Assembly: GCA_021513715.1 (NCBI GenBank)
Contig: CP084167.1
Coordinates: 1,632,001-1,696,000 of the forward strand
Length of the DNA: 64,000 nt
DNA from: Candidatus Heimdallarchaeum endolithica
GTDB taxonomy: Archaea > Asgardarchaeota > Heimdallarchaeia > Heimdallarchaeales > Heimdallarchaeaceae
Direction of reading: 5' to 3'
The first letter of the stretch is position 1, and the number at the start of each line of letters is the position of its first letter. Positions 1 through 10,169 of the stretch are shown here, piece after piece. The notes under the pieces are model-generated. The model had not been told where the DNA came from, ran no database searches, and saw only the letters and a program-made list of their open reading frames with translations. Both the position numbers and the translations under genes were made by a program.

Positions 1-49
1 GGATGAAAAAGAGCGTCAAACAGCAAAATATGCAGAAATGGTGAAATAG
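1..49 (+). CDS. 3' end of a gene entering from the left window edge (DEKERQTAKYAEMVK*)
   Basis: Open frame from position 2 to TAG at 47-49; too short to identify. Confidence 0.4.
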   Translation, partial: DEKERQTAKYAEMVK

Positions 50-112
50 TAAGTTGCCATTAAACAGATATTCAGTAGAAATCTTTTTTACCCCATTTTT
101 TTTGTTGCAAAT

Positions 113-1318
113 ATGAACGATAATTTGGCAGAGTTACCTCTTTACTGGCAAGCACAATATCAATCTACCTTAATCACTAAAATTACAGAGATAAAAGGAA
201 ATAATATTTCATTTAAGCAAACAATTTTTTATCCTGGTGGAGGAGGACAACCTTGTGACGAAGGACTTTTAGAATTTAGAAAAGGAGAGAGTTCGGAAGA
301 ATTCAAGATAATATCCACCTATAAAGAAGATGGAAAAATTTGGCATAAACTTGATCATGAAGGAATCTATTTGTCTCCTGGGCAACAAGTATTACTTAAG
401 CTAAATTGGGAAAAAAGATATAGTTTAATGAGAGCTCACACTGCACAACACCTTTTTTCTCATTTTATAAAAAAGAAACTTGATTGTGAAACATTGAAAG
501 CAAATTTTGAGCCTTTTGTCATAGATATCGAAGTAAACAAGGATCTCAGCGTTGAAGATGTTCTCGAAGTTCTTTCAGATGTTAACCTCACAATATCAGA
601 AAACAGTAAAGTTAATAGTATTATTGTAAGTCAAGAAGAATACCAGAAAAAATATAGACATAAAATTCGAGGAAAAGATTCAAAAGAAACTATAGTTCGG
701 TTGATAGAGATTGAGAAAATAAATGATTTAGTCTGTTGTGGAGGAATACACATAGATAATTTACTTGAAATACAAGGAATAGTTTTACAAGAAATAAAAC
801 ATAATAAGATTAAACTCTTAATCGGCGAGCACGGGCTTTTTTATGCTAATAAACAGAGAGATTTTATTATCCAGCTTGAAAAAATTACAACAAAAAAGGA
901 TGATAAACTCATTAACGTAATAAAAAATAGATTTGAAGATTATATTAGAGTAAATGATGCACTAGTAGAAACATTATCCTTGATATTCAAGAATATCAAA
1001 CAGGATACTGAAATGGTTAAAGAACTAAATTATGTATCTCTCCAATTACCCAATTTGAATCGAGAAACAATAATTAATTCAATTAAAACTGTTCCTCCTA
1101 GTGTTTTCATCACCTTACTAGGGCATAATAATATTCTTTATCTTATATCCACTTCTGATGTTTCTTCTGCAGATGTTGTAAAAAAATTACAAGAGACAAA
1201 TAGCTACAAAGGAGGAGGAAACCAGAAATTCGCCCAAATAAAATTAGAAGAAACTGAAAAAATAGAAGAAGTAGAGAAAAAAATTAAGCAAATTATTGAT
1301 AATATGCAATCAAACTAA
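113..1318 (+). CDS. alaX: Alanyl-tRNA editing protein (AlaX family) with C-terminal DHHA1 domain
   Basis: FYPGGGGQPCD, HTAQH (HxxxH), CGGIH (CxxxH) zinc motifs; C-terminal KGGG..FAQ. Confidence 0.85.
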   Translation: MNDNLAELPLYWQAQYQSTLITKITEIKGNNISFKQTIFYPGGGGQPCDEGLLEFRKGESSEEFKIISTYKEDGKIWHKLDHEGIYLSPGQQVLLKLNWEKRYSLMRAHTAQHLFSHFIKKKLDCETLKANFEPFVIDIEVNKDLSVEDVLEVLSDVNLTISENSKVNSIIVSQEEYQKKYRHKIRGKDSKETIVRLIEIEKINDLVCCGGIHIDNLLEIQGIVLQEIKHNKIKLLIGEHGLFYANKQRDFIIQLEKITTKKDDKLINVIKNRFEDYIRVNDALVETLSLIFKNIKQDTEMVKELNYVSLQLPNLNRETIINSIKTVPPSVFITLLGHNNILYLISTSDVSSADVVKKLQETNSYKGGGNQKFAQIKLEETEKIEEVEKKIKQIIDNMQSN

Positions 1319-2280
1319 AGCCAAGTATAAGTAATAGGTTTGGATTTTTCGTTTTTTTGTACTTTCTTTTCATCAATTAATTTGTTAAGATGAGCTAAGA
1401 TATTTAATTTAGGTGCTAATACTTGATAATATCCATACCATATTATTCCTTGAGCAGTGTTACATCTCTCTGCAAGTTCTTCAGCAGTTAAATATTTTTT
1501 TTCAGACATTGCCATCTCAATTTGTCTTTCATAATCATTAAAGGACCTAAGTACATCTTCTACATAAGGAACAATGTGTCTTCCTTCTTGATATTGATCA
1601 TGTGAAGGACAGAGATAATGTATTGTAGCTTTCTGAAGAAACTCAACGTTTCTCAACCATTCTTTGTAAGAACCTGTTTGATCTATCAAATAACTATGAG
1701 GGAGAGCAGGATAGATATTTAAAGCGTCTCCTATAAACATTGCTTTGTCTAGAGTTGAAAAATACATTGTATGACCTTCACAATGTGAGTCAAAGTTTAT
1801 TGTCATAATTTTAGTTGAACCAAGTTCAAATTTGTCTCCATCTGAAAATAGTATATCTGGCTCGATTCTGCTCAGGTCGTCAAAAGGATCTTTCTTTATT
1901 GCAAAGTACAGTTTTTCTTTTTTCGTAAAAGAAAAGTTTTTTGATCTTAAGACACTAGCAGGTTTTTTAGCTGTTTCTTCAAGTTTTTCGTTTAAGACGA
2001 TTTGTGCTTTTGGAAAAAGCCTTTTTAACCTATACACTCCTCCAGCATTGTCAGGATGAATGTGAGTTAAAAAGATATATTTTACCTTATCTGCACTTTT
2101 TCCTTTATCATGTATTGCTTGCTCGAAATAGTTCTCTATTGTTCCCTTTTTTCCAGTATCAATAATTGCGAATTCTTCGTCACCTACAATATATCCCCTA
2201 TTTAGTTCTCCTCCTGGCCCTGCAGAACCATCAACAATAGTCAATCTATCATTTATATTACGTATTGCTTCTCCAAACAT
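1315..2280 (-). CDS. MBL-fold metallo-hydrolase with C-terminal winged-helix-like extension
   Basis: IIDTG, THIHPDN, SHCEGH, GDAL, PSH motifs; start moved to ATG 2280 to avoid overlapping the upstream gene. Confidence 0.8.
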   Translation of the reverse strand: MFGEAIRNINDRLTIVDGSAGPGGELNRGYIVGDEEFAIIDTGKKGTIENYFEQAIHDKGKSADKVKYIFLTHIHPDNAGGVYRLKRLFPKAQIVLNEKLEETAKKPASVLRSKNFSFTKKEKLYFAIKKDPFDDLSRIEPDILFSDGDKFELGSTKIMTINFDSHCEGHTMYFSTLDKAMFIGDALNIYPALPHSYLIDQTGSYKEWLRNVEFLQKATIHYLCPSHDQYQEGRHIVPYVEDVLRSFNDYERQIEMAMSEKKYLTAEELAERCNTAQGIIWYGYYQVLAPKLNILAHLNKLIDEKKVQKNEKSKPITYTWL

Positions 2281-2296
2281 TTTCTTTCTCCACTCA

Positions 2297-3118
2297 TTAT
2301 TTTGCTTCAGCCAATATAGCTGCAACAGCATTGCTTACTTTTTTCATTTTACTTAGTTCTTCAGAAACACGTTTCTTTTCATTTTCATAATTTGTTTCTG
2401 ATATTTCTCCAGTCTGGAATTTTACATAAAGTATTTCCAATTCTTTCTGAAGAGCTTTTAATTTTCTACTTACTGCATCAAATGTTTTTCTCATCTTTGC
2501 AAGTTCTATATTAAGTTTAACTGTAAGATTTTCTATATTTTTCTTATATTTTGCTTCCATTTCAGCGATTGTTGATGCACTTATAGCTTTATCACCTTTT
2601 AAAGATTTTAACTTTTTTAGTTTTATTCGTTCATTATTTCTATCTTCAATAATTTCCTCAATTGGTAATATCCCTTCAAAATCTTCAAATTCTTTTTCAA
2701 GTTCAGTTACCTCTTCTACTTCTTGCTTTAGTTTCTTTATCTTTGGCAAAGCTTCTTCTTTTGGAATGAGTTTATTTGTTACCCGGTCTAAGAGAATATT
2801 TATCTCATTATCAAGTTCTTTCTTCTTTTTCAGGAGTTCATTATACTTTTCTCTTGAGATAATTACATATGCTATCCTTTCAACGAGTTCATCATCGGTT
2901 AATTCTTTCTTTTCTTCTTTTTCTTCGACTACTTCTTCTTCAGCTGGTTTAATTGACTCATATATTACCCCAGTAGGGCTTTCAGGATCTTCAATAGCTA
3001 TTTCTTCTTTAATTGGATCAACTTGTTCTAAATCATGTTCTAATCTTGCTCCACACCGTCTGCAAAAATTCCATGATTGTTTTACTGGACTGTGACAGTA
3101 AGGACATTCTGATGACAT
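2297..3118 (-). CDS. Zinc-ribbon plus long coiled-coil protein
   Basis: CPYC..FCRRCG zinc ribbon, acidic linker, heptad-rich E/K helices, GEISETNYE motif. Confidence 0.75.
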   Translation of the reverse strand: MSSECPYCHSPVKQSWNFCRRCGARLEHDLEQVDPIKEEIAIEDPESPTGVIYESIKPAEEEVVEEKEEKKELTDDELVERIAYVIISREKYNELLKKKKELDNEINILLDRVTNKLIPKEEALPKIKKLKQEVEEVTELEKEFEDFEGILPIEEIIEDRNNERIKLKKLKSLKGDKAISASTIAEMEAKYKKNIENLTVKLNIELAKMRKTFDAVSRKLKALQKELEILYVKFQTGEISETNYENEKKRVSEELSKMKKVSNAVAAILAEAK

Positions 3119-3278
3119 TTCTTGGACACCTTTTTTAATCTGTTAATATATGAAACTTCAATTAATAAAAATATATTCTTTTCCTAAAGAAAGTAAAAAT
3201 GCAAATTTTTTTTAAAAAATTAAATAAAATTAAAATACTAGTTGCCTTTAGCACTAAAACAAGCAAAAATAGAAATAA

Positions 3279-5807
3279 TCATTTATTCAATTCATTTACT
3301 ATCTTAAACTCTGTGTCACGTATCTGGTCAACAAAAATAGAATATCTTGCAAATTCAAGTATTTCTAGAAGCATTGATTTTAGATCTTCATATTTTCTTG
3401 GCGTTCTTATAATTGACAATTTAGACCCAGTATCTCCACTCCATACTGAAAAATTATACTGATAATCAACTAACAAGTTACTTAAGGTTTCAAAACCTTT
3501 TTCTGTGAAAAAGGATGAAGCTTCAATAATACTCACTTGCTGTTTCTCTAACTCACCTATTAGATAATACCAAATTATTTCAATAAGGAAATATATTCCT
3601 TGGAAATAATATAAATTATAGTCATAACTTAAAGTTCTCAACAGTTTGATATAGTTTCCTAGCTCTGCTTTCTTTATTTCATCAAATCCAATTTCTGGTG
3701 AGTATAAGTTTATCTCATTATATAATATATTAACTAAAATTTCTAGTGAGGTCAAAACATCTCTATTTTGGATACTCCCTTGTAAATACTTGATAAGACT
3801 TAGAAAATTATTTTCTTTTGTTTCAAATAGAGATAACTGTTTTGTGATAATTTCTGAATAGAGTGAAAATATCTCATGTTCGTTTTCCATAATTAAGCTT
3901 TCAAGTTTTTCTAATTGTTCAAACACTTGTTCTTTATCACCTTGAACTAAGTACAAAAAGATTTTTTCTCTTAAAACTGAGACAAGATATTTTGATATTT
4001 TTTCGTTTTCTAGTAAATTAACTGCAATGTTATACTCTTCTTTTGCTTTCTCCATTTTATTACTTGCTAAATAAGTTCTTCCCAAATTAATATGGAGCAC
4101 AATTAAGCTTAGTTTCTCATCTATTTGTTCTAGAGAATCTTTTAATTTTCTATATCTAGCAATTGCTTCATCAAAGCTTCCCTTAAGTGCTAAAGAGTCA
4201 GCTATTTTTCTTATACATCGAGTTTTTCCACTTGTATCAAAAATATCAGAATAATGGCTATAGGAAGATCGAAGTTTAACCAAAGCTTCATCATATCTTC
4301 CTTCTTTAATATCAAATTCTGCTTGGATTTCCTTGATTTCAGCTATCATCAAGTTATCAGATATTTTCATGTAATATTGTTTAGCTCTCTCAAGATATAT
4401 TGAAGCATCTTTTGAGTTACCAATCCTTATGTAAGCTTTTGCAATAACAATGTCACAATTAGCACTGTTCACATTATCTCCTACTTCAAGGTATAATATC
4501 TGTGCAGCTTTCAAAGCTTGAATTTGTTTCATTATGTTTTTACTTTGTTGAATATTAAGTTGAGCTCGCAATTTAATGGCATCAGCTTTTCCTTTTTGAT
4601 AGATGATTTCTTCAGATAAAGTTTCAATCTTATTTATTCTTTCCATAGCTTTTTTATAATTTCCCTGATAGAAGTCTCCTGATGCTATCTGAACTAAGGC
4701 TTTTGTAAATTGTTTTTTATTCGCTATATTTGTAATCATAGAATAGGCTTTTTTGTATATCTCCTGGGCTTTTTTCTTTTCATTTATGATAAAATAGCTA
4801 TCTGCCAACTCTAACATAGCCATGAGTATATTATTATAGTTCTTGTACTTACGAGACAAAGTTTCAGCTAGAGAATAGTTTTGTCTTGCATTAGTATGTT
4901 GACCCAACCTAACAAGTATTTTTCCTTTTACAAAGTAAGCCAATCCCAAATAATATTGAGACTTTTCTTGAAGACCTTTAATTGCTTGTGTAACGGCAAA
5001 ATTAGCTTGTTTTAATTCTCCTTTCAGATATAAAACATGAGCAACACCGATTTTTGCTGCTCCTACAAGAGCAGAATTTGAAAGATTGGTCGCTAATTCC
5101 AAGCAATCAGAATATATCTTTTCAGCAGAGATAAAATCAGAAAGATCTAATTTTTGGTCACCCAATATTAACAAAGCTAAAGATTGCCAAAATTGATCTC
5201 CTACAGATTTACAATATCCATAAAAATTATTAACTTGTTCATATCCTTCGATTGCACTTTTAGAGTGTATATCTATCAGTCCTTTGGCAAATAAGGAGAA
5301 TTTCTTTATCATTCCTGGTAAAAATCTACTTTGTCTTGAACTTAGAATAAGGTCAAGTTTTTCTACATATTCAAATAAACCGTCAGTGTCTCCTATTAAG
5401 CTTTTCAAATAAATGTATAAAATTATTGCTTCGATTAATGGAAGAATATCATTAGTTTCCATAGAAATAACTAATTCTAGGTTTGAAAAGGCTTCATCTA
5501 TTTCCCCTATTTCAAAGAGAGCAAAACTACCCCAAACAACAGAGCCTGGAACTTTATCATCTATGCTTTTTATTGCAACATCATAATGACCAACAATTGT
5601 ACCAATTTTTGCTGCTAAATATTTCAATTCCTCGTCACTTTCGTAAACTGGATCGCTAATAATATTCCACATCAAGCGCCCAATGTGACTAGAAGTGTCT
5701 GAACTCAATTTACCTTTTAACGTTTTAATGAATAACTCTCTAACTTCAACACTAATACGATTTTGATGAGCTTGGATTTCAGGTGGCAATGTATTCACTG
5801 GTCTCAT
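3279..5807 (-). CDS. Large tetratricopeptide-repeat (TPR) protein
   Basis: Many ~40-aa helical repeats (A...LG..Y...G....A...Y..A); no catalytic domain seen. Confidence 0.8.
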   Translation of the reverse strand: MRPVNTLPPEIQAHQNRISVEVRELFIKTLKGKLSSDTSSHIGRLMWNIISDPVYESDEELKYLAAKIGTIVGHYDVAIKSIDDKVPGSVVWGSFALFEIGEIDEAFSNLELVISMETNDILPLIEAIILYIYLKSLIGDTDGLFEYVEKLDLILSSRQSRFLPGMIKKFSLFAKGLIDIHSKSAIEGYEQVNNFYGYCKSVGDQFWQSLALLILGDQKLDLSDFISAEKIYSDCLELATNLSNSALVGAAKIGVAHVLYLKGELKQANFAVTQAIKGLQEKSQYYLGLAYFVKGKILVRLGQHTNARQNYSLAETLSRKYKNYNNILMAMLELADSYFIINEKKKAQEIYKKAYSMITNIANKKQFTKALVQIASGDFYQGNYKKAMERINKIETLSEEIIYQKGKADAIKLRAQLNIQQSKNIMKQIQALKAAQILYLEVGDNVNSANCDIVIAKAYIRIGNSKDASIYLERAKQYYMKISDNLMIAEIKEIQAEFDIKEGRYDEALVKLRSSYSHYSDIFDTSGKTRCIRKIADSLALKGSFDEAIARYRKLKDSLEQIDEKLSLIVLHINLGRTYLASNKMEKAKEEYNIAVNLLENEKISKYLVSVLREKIFLYLVQGDKEQVFEQLEKLESLIMENEHEIFSLYSEIITKQLSLFETKENNFLSLIKYLQGSIQNRDVLTSLEILVNILYNEINLYSPEIGFDEIKKAELGNYIKLLRTLSYDYNLYYFQGIYFLIEIIWYYLIGELEKQQVSIIEASSFFTEKGFETLSNLLVDYQYNFSVWSGDTGSKLSIIRTPRKYEDLKSMLLEILEFARYSIFVDQIRDTEFKIVNELNK

Positions 5808-5916
5808 TGTAATATCAACTTTCTTAACGTAATGAAAAATATAGATTAATAACTAAAAAGCATTTCTCTCAAAAAAATGTTTTTAAAGAGAATAGATTAA
5901 ATGTAAGGTGAACAAA

Positions 5917-6159
5917 CTAAATACTTAAGCGTTCAAGATTCTTGTTTGTAACTTTTGTTACTTCTGGTACATATTCCTTTAATGTTTTTTCGACATAATT
6001 AGTTAAAGTATACTGAGAATATGGACAACCTGCACAAGTTCCTTGTAATTGTACAATTACTTCACCATCATCTTTTACTTCTAAAAGCTCAATATCTCCT
6101 CCATCTCTCTGGAGTGCAACTCTAATAGCGTTTAATACTTCTTGTACCTTTTCTTTCAT
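5917..6159 (-). CDS. NifU/NfuA-like Fe-S carrier domain protein
   Basis: IRVALQRDGGDIEL...LQGTCAGCP signature. Confidence 0.9.
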   Translation of the reverse strand: MKEKVQEVLNAIRVALQRDGGDIELLEVKDDGEVIVQLQGTCAGCPYSQYTLTNYVEKTLKEYVPEVTKVTNKNLERLSI

Positions 6160-6317
6160 CAGAATTACCTTTTAATTCAACATTATGACATGTTCTTATA
6201 AATATTACATTCCATACAAAAAAATAGTTATATAAATTATCAAATAATTGAACTATTTTCTTTCTATTCAAGGGAAATAGATTTTTAAAATCAACTAGTT
6301 TTTTTAAAAAGAGAATT

Positions 6318-6875
6318 ATGAAAATTGCAATTGGTACAAAAAACCCTGTAAAAATCAAAGCTACGATTGAAGCTTTTCAACAATATTATGATGACTTAGA
6401 ATACAAAACCTTCAATTTGAGTAAATATTCATCTGTTTTAAAACAACCTATGAGTATTAATGAAACGTTAGACTCTGCATTGAAGCGAATTGAAATAATT
6501 GAAAAAAAAAGTAAAAAGGTGGACTATTACGTTGCTCTAGAGGGAGGAGTAGGAATAGACAGTTTAGGTTTTTTTCTGACAGGATATGTTGCAATTAAGT
6601 CTATATCAGGAGAAATATCTGTTTCTGGAGGATATAGGATGCCATTACCCAAAAAAATCTTTGATGAACTCCAAAAAAACAAGGAGATAGAATTGGGAGA
6701 TATAATAGATAAATATTCTGGAACCAAAAATAGTAAACAAAAAGACGGGGCAATAGGTCTTTTTACTTCAGGAAAGTTAACAAGAAAAGAAACTTTCAAA
6801 CAAATGATTATTCTTGCACTAGTTCCTTTTACCAGCCCTGTTTATTCAAGAATAGAGAATAAGGAAAAAAATTAG
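6318..6875 (+). CDS. yjjX: Inosine/xanthosine triphosphatase (YjjX/DUF84 family)
   Basis: GTKNPVK, QP, LEGG, ELG and GAIGLFT motifs. Confidence 0.85.
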   Translation: MKIAIGTKNPVKIKATIEAFQQYYDDLEYKTFNLSKYSSVLKQPMSINETLDSALKRIEIIEKKSKKVDYYVALEGGVGIDSLGFFLTGYVAIKSISGEISVSGGYRMPLPKKIFDELQKNKEIELGDIIDKYSGTKNSKQKDGAIGLFTSGKLTRKETFKQMIILALVPFTSPVYSRIENKEKN

Positions 6876-6904
6876 ACACAAAATACGTAAAGAAAGCCAA
6901 CATT

Positions 6905-8164
6905 TTATTCTAATTCTGCTATATCTGTTCTCCAATATAATTTTCCTTCTATTCTTGTGAGATCTTCATTTACTTTTTTCTTTGCCTCAACAATATTATC
7001 TCCTACACCAAGGAGAGCAAGAGAGCGACTAGTAGTTGTTCTTATTTCTTTATTTTTTCTATAAACTGAAGCATAAAAGAGATCAGATTTTAACGGATGA
7101 TTAATAATAATTCTTTTATCTCTCAAGGGATTAAGCGGATATCCCTTTGGAACAAGATAGTTGCAAACAGTAGCTTTATTTTCAAAATTTACATTTTTTA
7201 AAGATTGATCAATCATGCTTTGATTAATAATATTATAATCATCTTTTAACAACTTTAACACGTTAATAGCTTCAGGATCTCCAAAACGAGCATTAAACTC
7301 AATTAAAAAAATTTTTCCTTCTGATTTCATAAATTGTCCATACAGAACTCCGACATAAGGAATGCTTGTATGCTCCTTTAAAGCCTTGATTGTTTTTTTC
7401 AGAATATTAATAGCTTTTTCAACATCATTTTGTTCCAAAAAAGGTAAATGATGGTCAGGGAGACTATATGAACCCATACTTCCTGTGTTTGGTCCCTTAT
7501 CACCCTCATATGCCCGTTTGTAATCTCTTACAAGAGGCATTAGTTGAATATTTTTTCCATCAGTAAACACTTGAAGAGAAAATTCTTTTCCTTTTATCTT
7601 TTGTTCAATTATTACTAGTTCATCTCTCGAAAGAATTTGTTTAACAATTACTTCTGCTTCTGAATATGAAGAAAAGTGGTCTCCATATACTTTAACTGCT
7701 TTTCCTCCTGTTAACCCATCAGGCTTAATTGCAATTTCCAAATCATTTTCTTTCACAAAAGACTCGAAATCGCTAATTGTCTCACATATTTTAAAATAAG
7801 GGTTACCTTCTATTCTGTAGGTGTCAAGTATCTGCCTAGCAAATGATTTGCTTGTTTCTATTTTAGCTACTTCTTCCCTAGGACTTGCAACTGGAATACC
7901 TAATTTATCTTCAATGTAATTTGTTATACCATAAGAAAGAGGTAATTCTGGTCCAACAATTGCGTAGTCTATGTTTTTAAACATAGATAGTTTTTCAAAA
8001 TTTGTTAAATTTCCTAGTATAAACTTTTCTGATAAATCTGCGATTCCAGGATTTTCATAATTCATATATGAAAAAAGTTTATTCTCATTTTCCACTATTT
8101 TCTTAGCCATTGCGTGTTCTCTGGCTCCATTACCAACTAACAAAACTTTTTCTACCATTTTCAT
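6905..8164 (-). CDS. purD: Phosphoribosylamine-glycine ligase
   Basis: GNGAREHA, KPDGLTGGK, GPNTGSMG, EFNARFGDPE. Confidence 0.95.
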   Translation of the reverse strand: MKMVEKVLLVGNGAREHAMAKKIVENENKLFSYMNYENPGIADLSEKFILGNLTNFEKLSMFKNIDYAIVGPELPLSYGITNYIEDKLGIPVASPREEVAKIETSKSFARQILDTYRIEGNPYFKICETISDFESFVKENDLEIAIKPDGLTGGKAVKVYGDHFSSYSEAEVIVKQILSRDELVIIEQKIKGKEFSLQVFTDGKNIQLMPLVRDYKRAYEGDKGPNTGSMGSYSLPDHHLPFLEQNDVEKAINILKKTIKALKEHTSIPYVGVLYGQFMKSEGKIFLIEFNARFGDPEAINVLKLLKDDYNIINQSMIDQSLKNVNFENKATVCNYLVPKGYPLNPLRDKRIIINHPLKSDLFYASVYRKNKEIRTTTSRSLALLGVGDNIVEAKKKVNEDLTRIEGKLYWRTDIAELE

Positions 8165-9555
8165 TCCTCATAGTGACTACGAGATTTTATCTCACCATTC
8201 AGGTATTTTATTCTTAATTCTTCAGCATAAGAAGTTGGATAACTACCTGAAAGACAGGCAGTGCATAAATCTGAAAAACCGATTGACCTTTTTAATGCAA
8301 CAATATCTTGATAATATAGTCCATCAACATTCAATATTTTTTCAATCTCTGTCAGAGTGTTTCCTGAAGCTATTAAATCGTCATCGGAGGGTATATCTAT
8401 CCCATAATAACATGCAAACCTTACAGCTGGACAAGTAATTGCGAGATAAATTTTGTTAACCCCTAATTTTCTTAAATCACTAACAATTTTTTTACTAGTT
8501 AATCCTCTAACTACAGAATCATCAATAAGGAGAATATTTTTCCTTTTAATGTATTTAGGAATGTAAAGATATTTTCTTTTTGCAGCTTTACTTCTCTCTT
8601 TTTCACTTTTCATAATGAAGGTACGCTGGAGATAACGATTTTTTATTATTGCTTCTCTCACTGGAATATCCAATTCTTCAGAAAGGCCTTGTGTTGCAGG
8701 TCTCGAAGTATCTGGGACAGGAACAATATAATCAATTTCTAAATTGTCATCTTTTATTCTTCTTGCCAACTCTTTTCCTAAATTAATTCTTGTATCATAA
8801 ACTAGGGTATTTTCAATTGTTGAACATGGATTAGCAAAATAAACATACTCAAACATACAGTGAGCGTGATCAGCTTGAATTAGATGGCTTTTCTCAAGTT
8901 TATCATTATCGAAAACAATTAGTTCTCCAGGTCTAACATCTTCAAAAGAGTTAATATCAATGTTTTGTAAGACAACACTTTCAGATGACACAATTGTAAG
9001 TTTTTCAGATTTTCCAACAACTAAAGGCCTTATTCCCCGAGGATCCCTAAAGGTAAACATTGTTGTATCAAGAATTGCTACGATAGAATAACTCCCATCA
9101 ATTTTTTCCATGAATTCCTTTACAGCGTCTTTTATATTACCCTCGTGCCGATCTATTAATGAACCTAGAAATTCTGTTAAAAATAGAGCATCAGATTCGT
9201 ATTTTCTATCAGTCAAAGTACTTAAATTAGTAATATTGCCATTATGGACAACAAATAGATTACCATATTTTGTTTTAACTTTAAATGGTTGAGCATAAGA
9301 TTCAACGTTTGAACTATCAGTTCGCGCACCAAAAGTAGGATAACGTGTTGAACCGATTAGTTTAGTTACTTCATTTTTTTCATTTAATTCAAGTAAATCA
9401 GGGTATCCATCAACTTTTTTTAGATTAACCTTTTTTTCATTCTTATTTATCCAAGCGATTCCACTTGCATCTTGTCCTCTATGTGTTAACATTTGTAACA
9501 ATATCTTTCCTTGCTCCAAAGTTGTTAACCCTGATATACCTAATACTCCACACAT
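8161..9555 (-). CDS. purF: Amidophosphoribosyltransferase
   Basis: N-terminal MCG, HRGQD, HNG, CMFEYVYFA, IDDSVVRG. Confidence 0.95.
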   Translation of the reverse strand: MCGVLGISGLTTLEQGKILLQMLTHRGQDASGIAWINKNEKKVNLKKVDGYPDLLELNEKNEVTKLIGSTRYPTFGARTDSSNVESYAQPFKVKTKYGNLFVVHNGNITNLSTLTDRKYESDALFLTEFLGSLIDRHEGNIKDAVKEFMEKIDGSYSIVAILDTTMFTFRDPRGIRPLVVGKSEKLTIVSSESVVLQNIDINSFEDVRPGELIVFDNDKLEKSHLIQADHAHCMFEYVYFANPCSTIENTLVYDTRINLGKELARRIKDDNLEIDYIVPVPDTSRPATQGLSEELDIPVREAIIKNRYLQRTFIMKSEKERSKAAKRKYLYIPKYIKRKNILLIDDSVVRGLTSKKIVSDLRKLGVNKIYLAITCPAVRFACYYGIDIPSDDDLIASGNTLTEIEKILNVDGLYYQDIVALKRSIGFSDLCTACLSGSYPTSYAEELRIKYLNGEIKSRSHYEE

Positions 9556-9556
9556 T

Positions 9557-10162
9557 TTAATTCACAATCCTAACTTTTCTACCTTCAACAATTAGTTTTT
9601 TCTCTGAAAACAATTTTATTGCTCTTGGCAAGAGAATATGTTCTTTCTCCAGTATTTTTTTAGCTAAAGTTTCTTCTGTATCGTCATCTTCTACTGTTAC
9701 TATACCTTGCAAAATAATTGGACCATGATCAACTTTTTCATCAACAAAGTGTACTGTACACCCTGTTACTTTTGCGCCATAGTCTAATGCTTGTTTTTGA
9801 GCATTTATTCCTGGAAAAGAAGGCAATAAAGAAGGATGGATATTAATTATTTTGTTGCTAAATTTTCTAACAAAAAAAGGAGAGAGAATCCTCATAAAAC
9901 CTGCTAAGACTACTAAATCGATATTATTTTTTTCTAGAATCTCAGCTAGTTGATTATCATATGTTTCACGCGTTTGACTTTTATGTGAAGGTAGGACAAA
10001 TATCTTCTTACCATAACTCTTTGCTATTTCCAAACCTTTAGCATCTGGCTTATTGGAAACAACCAATGAAACAACTGCATTTCCTAGTTTACCTTGCTTT
10101 TCTTTTTCAAGAATTGCCTTAAGGTTGCTTCCTCTTCCAGAAATCAGTACAGCAACATTCAA
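9557..10162 (-). CDS. purN: GAR transformylase (10-formyl-THF dependent)
   Basis: SGRGSNL, LAGFMRIL, NIHPSLLP, GCTVHFV, DHGPII. Confidence 0.95.
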   Translation of the reverse strand: MNVAVLISGRGSNLKAILEKEKQGKLGNAVVSLVVSNKPDAKGLEIAKSYGKKIFVLPSHKSQTRETYDNQLAEILEKNNIDLVVLAGFMRILSPFFVRKFSNKIINIHPSLLPSFPGINAQKQALDYGAKVTGCTVHFVDEKVDHGPIILQGIVTVEDDDTEETLAKKILEKEHILLPRAIKLFSEKKLIVEGRKVRIVN

Positions 10163-10169
10163 TTCATTT

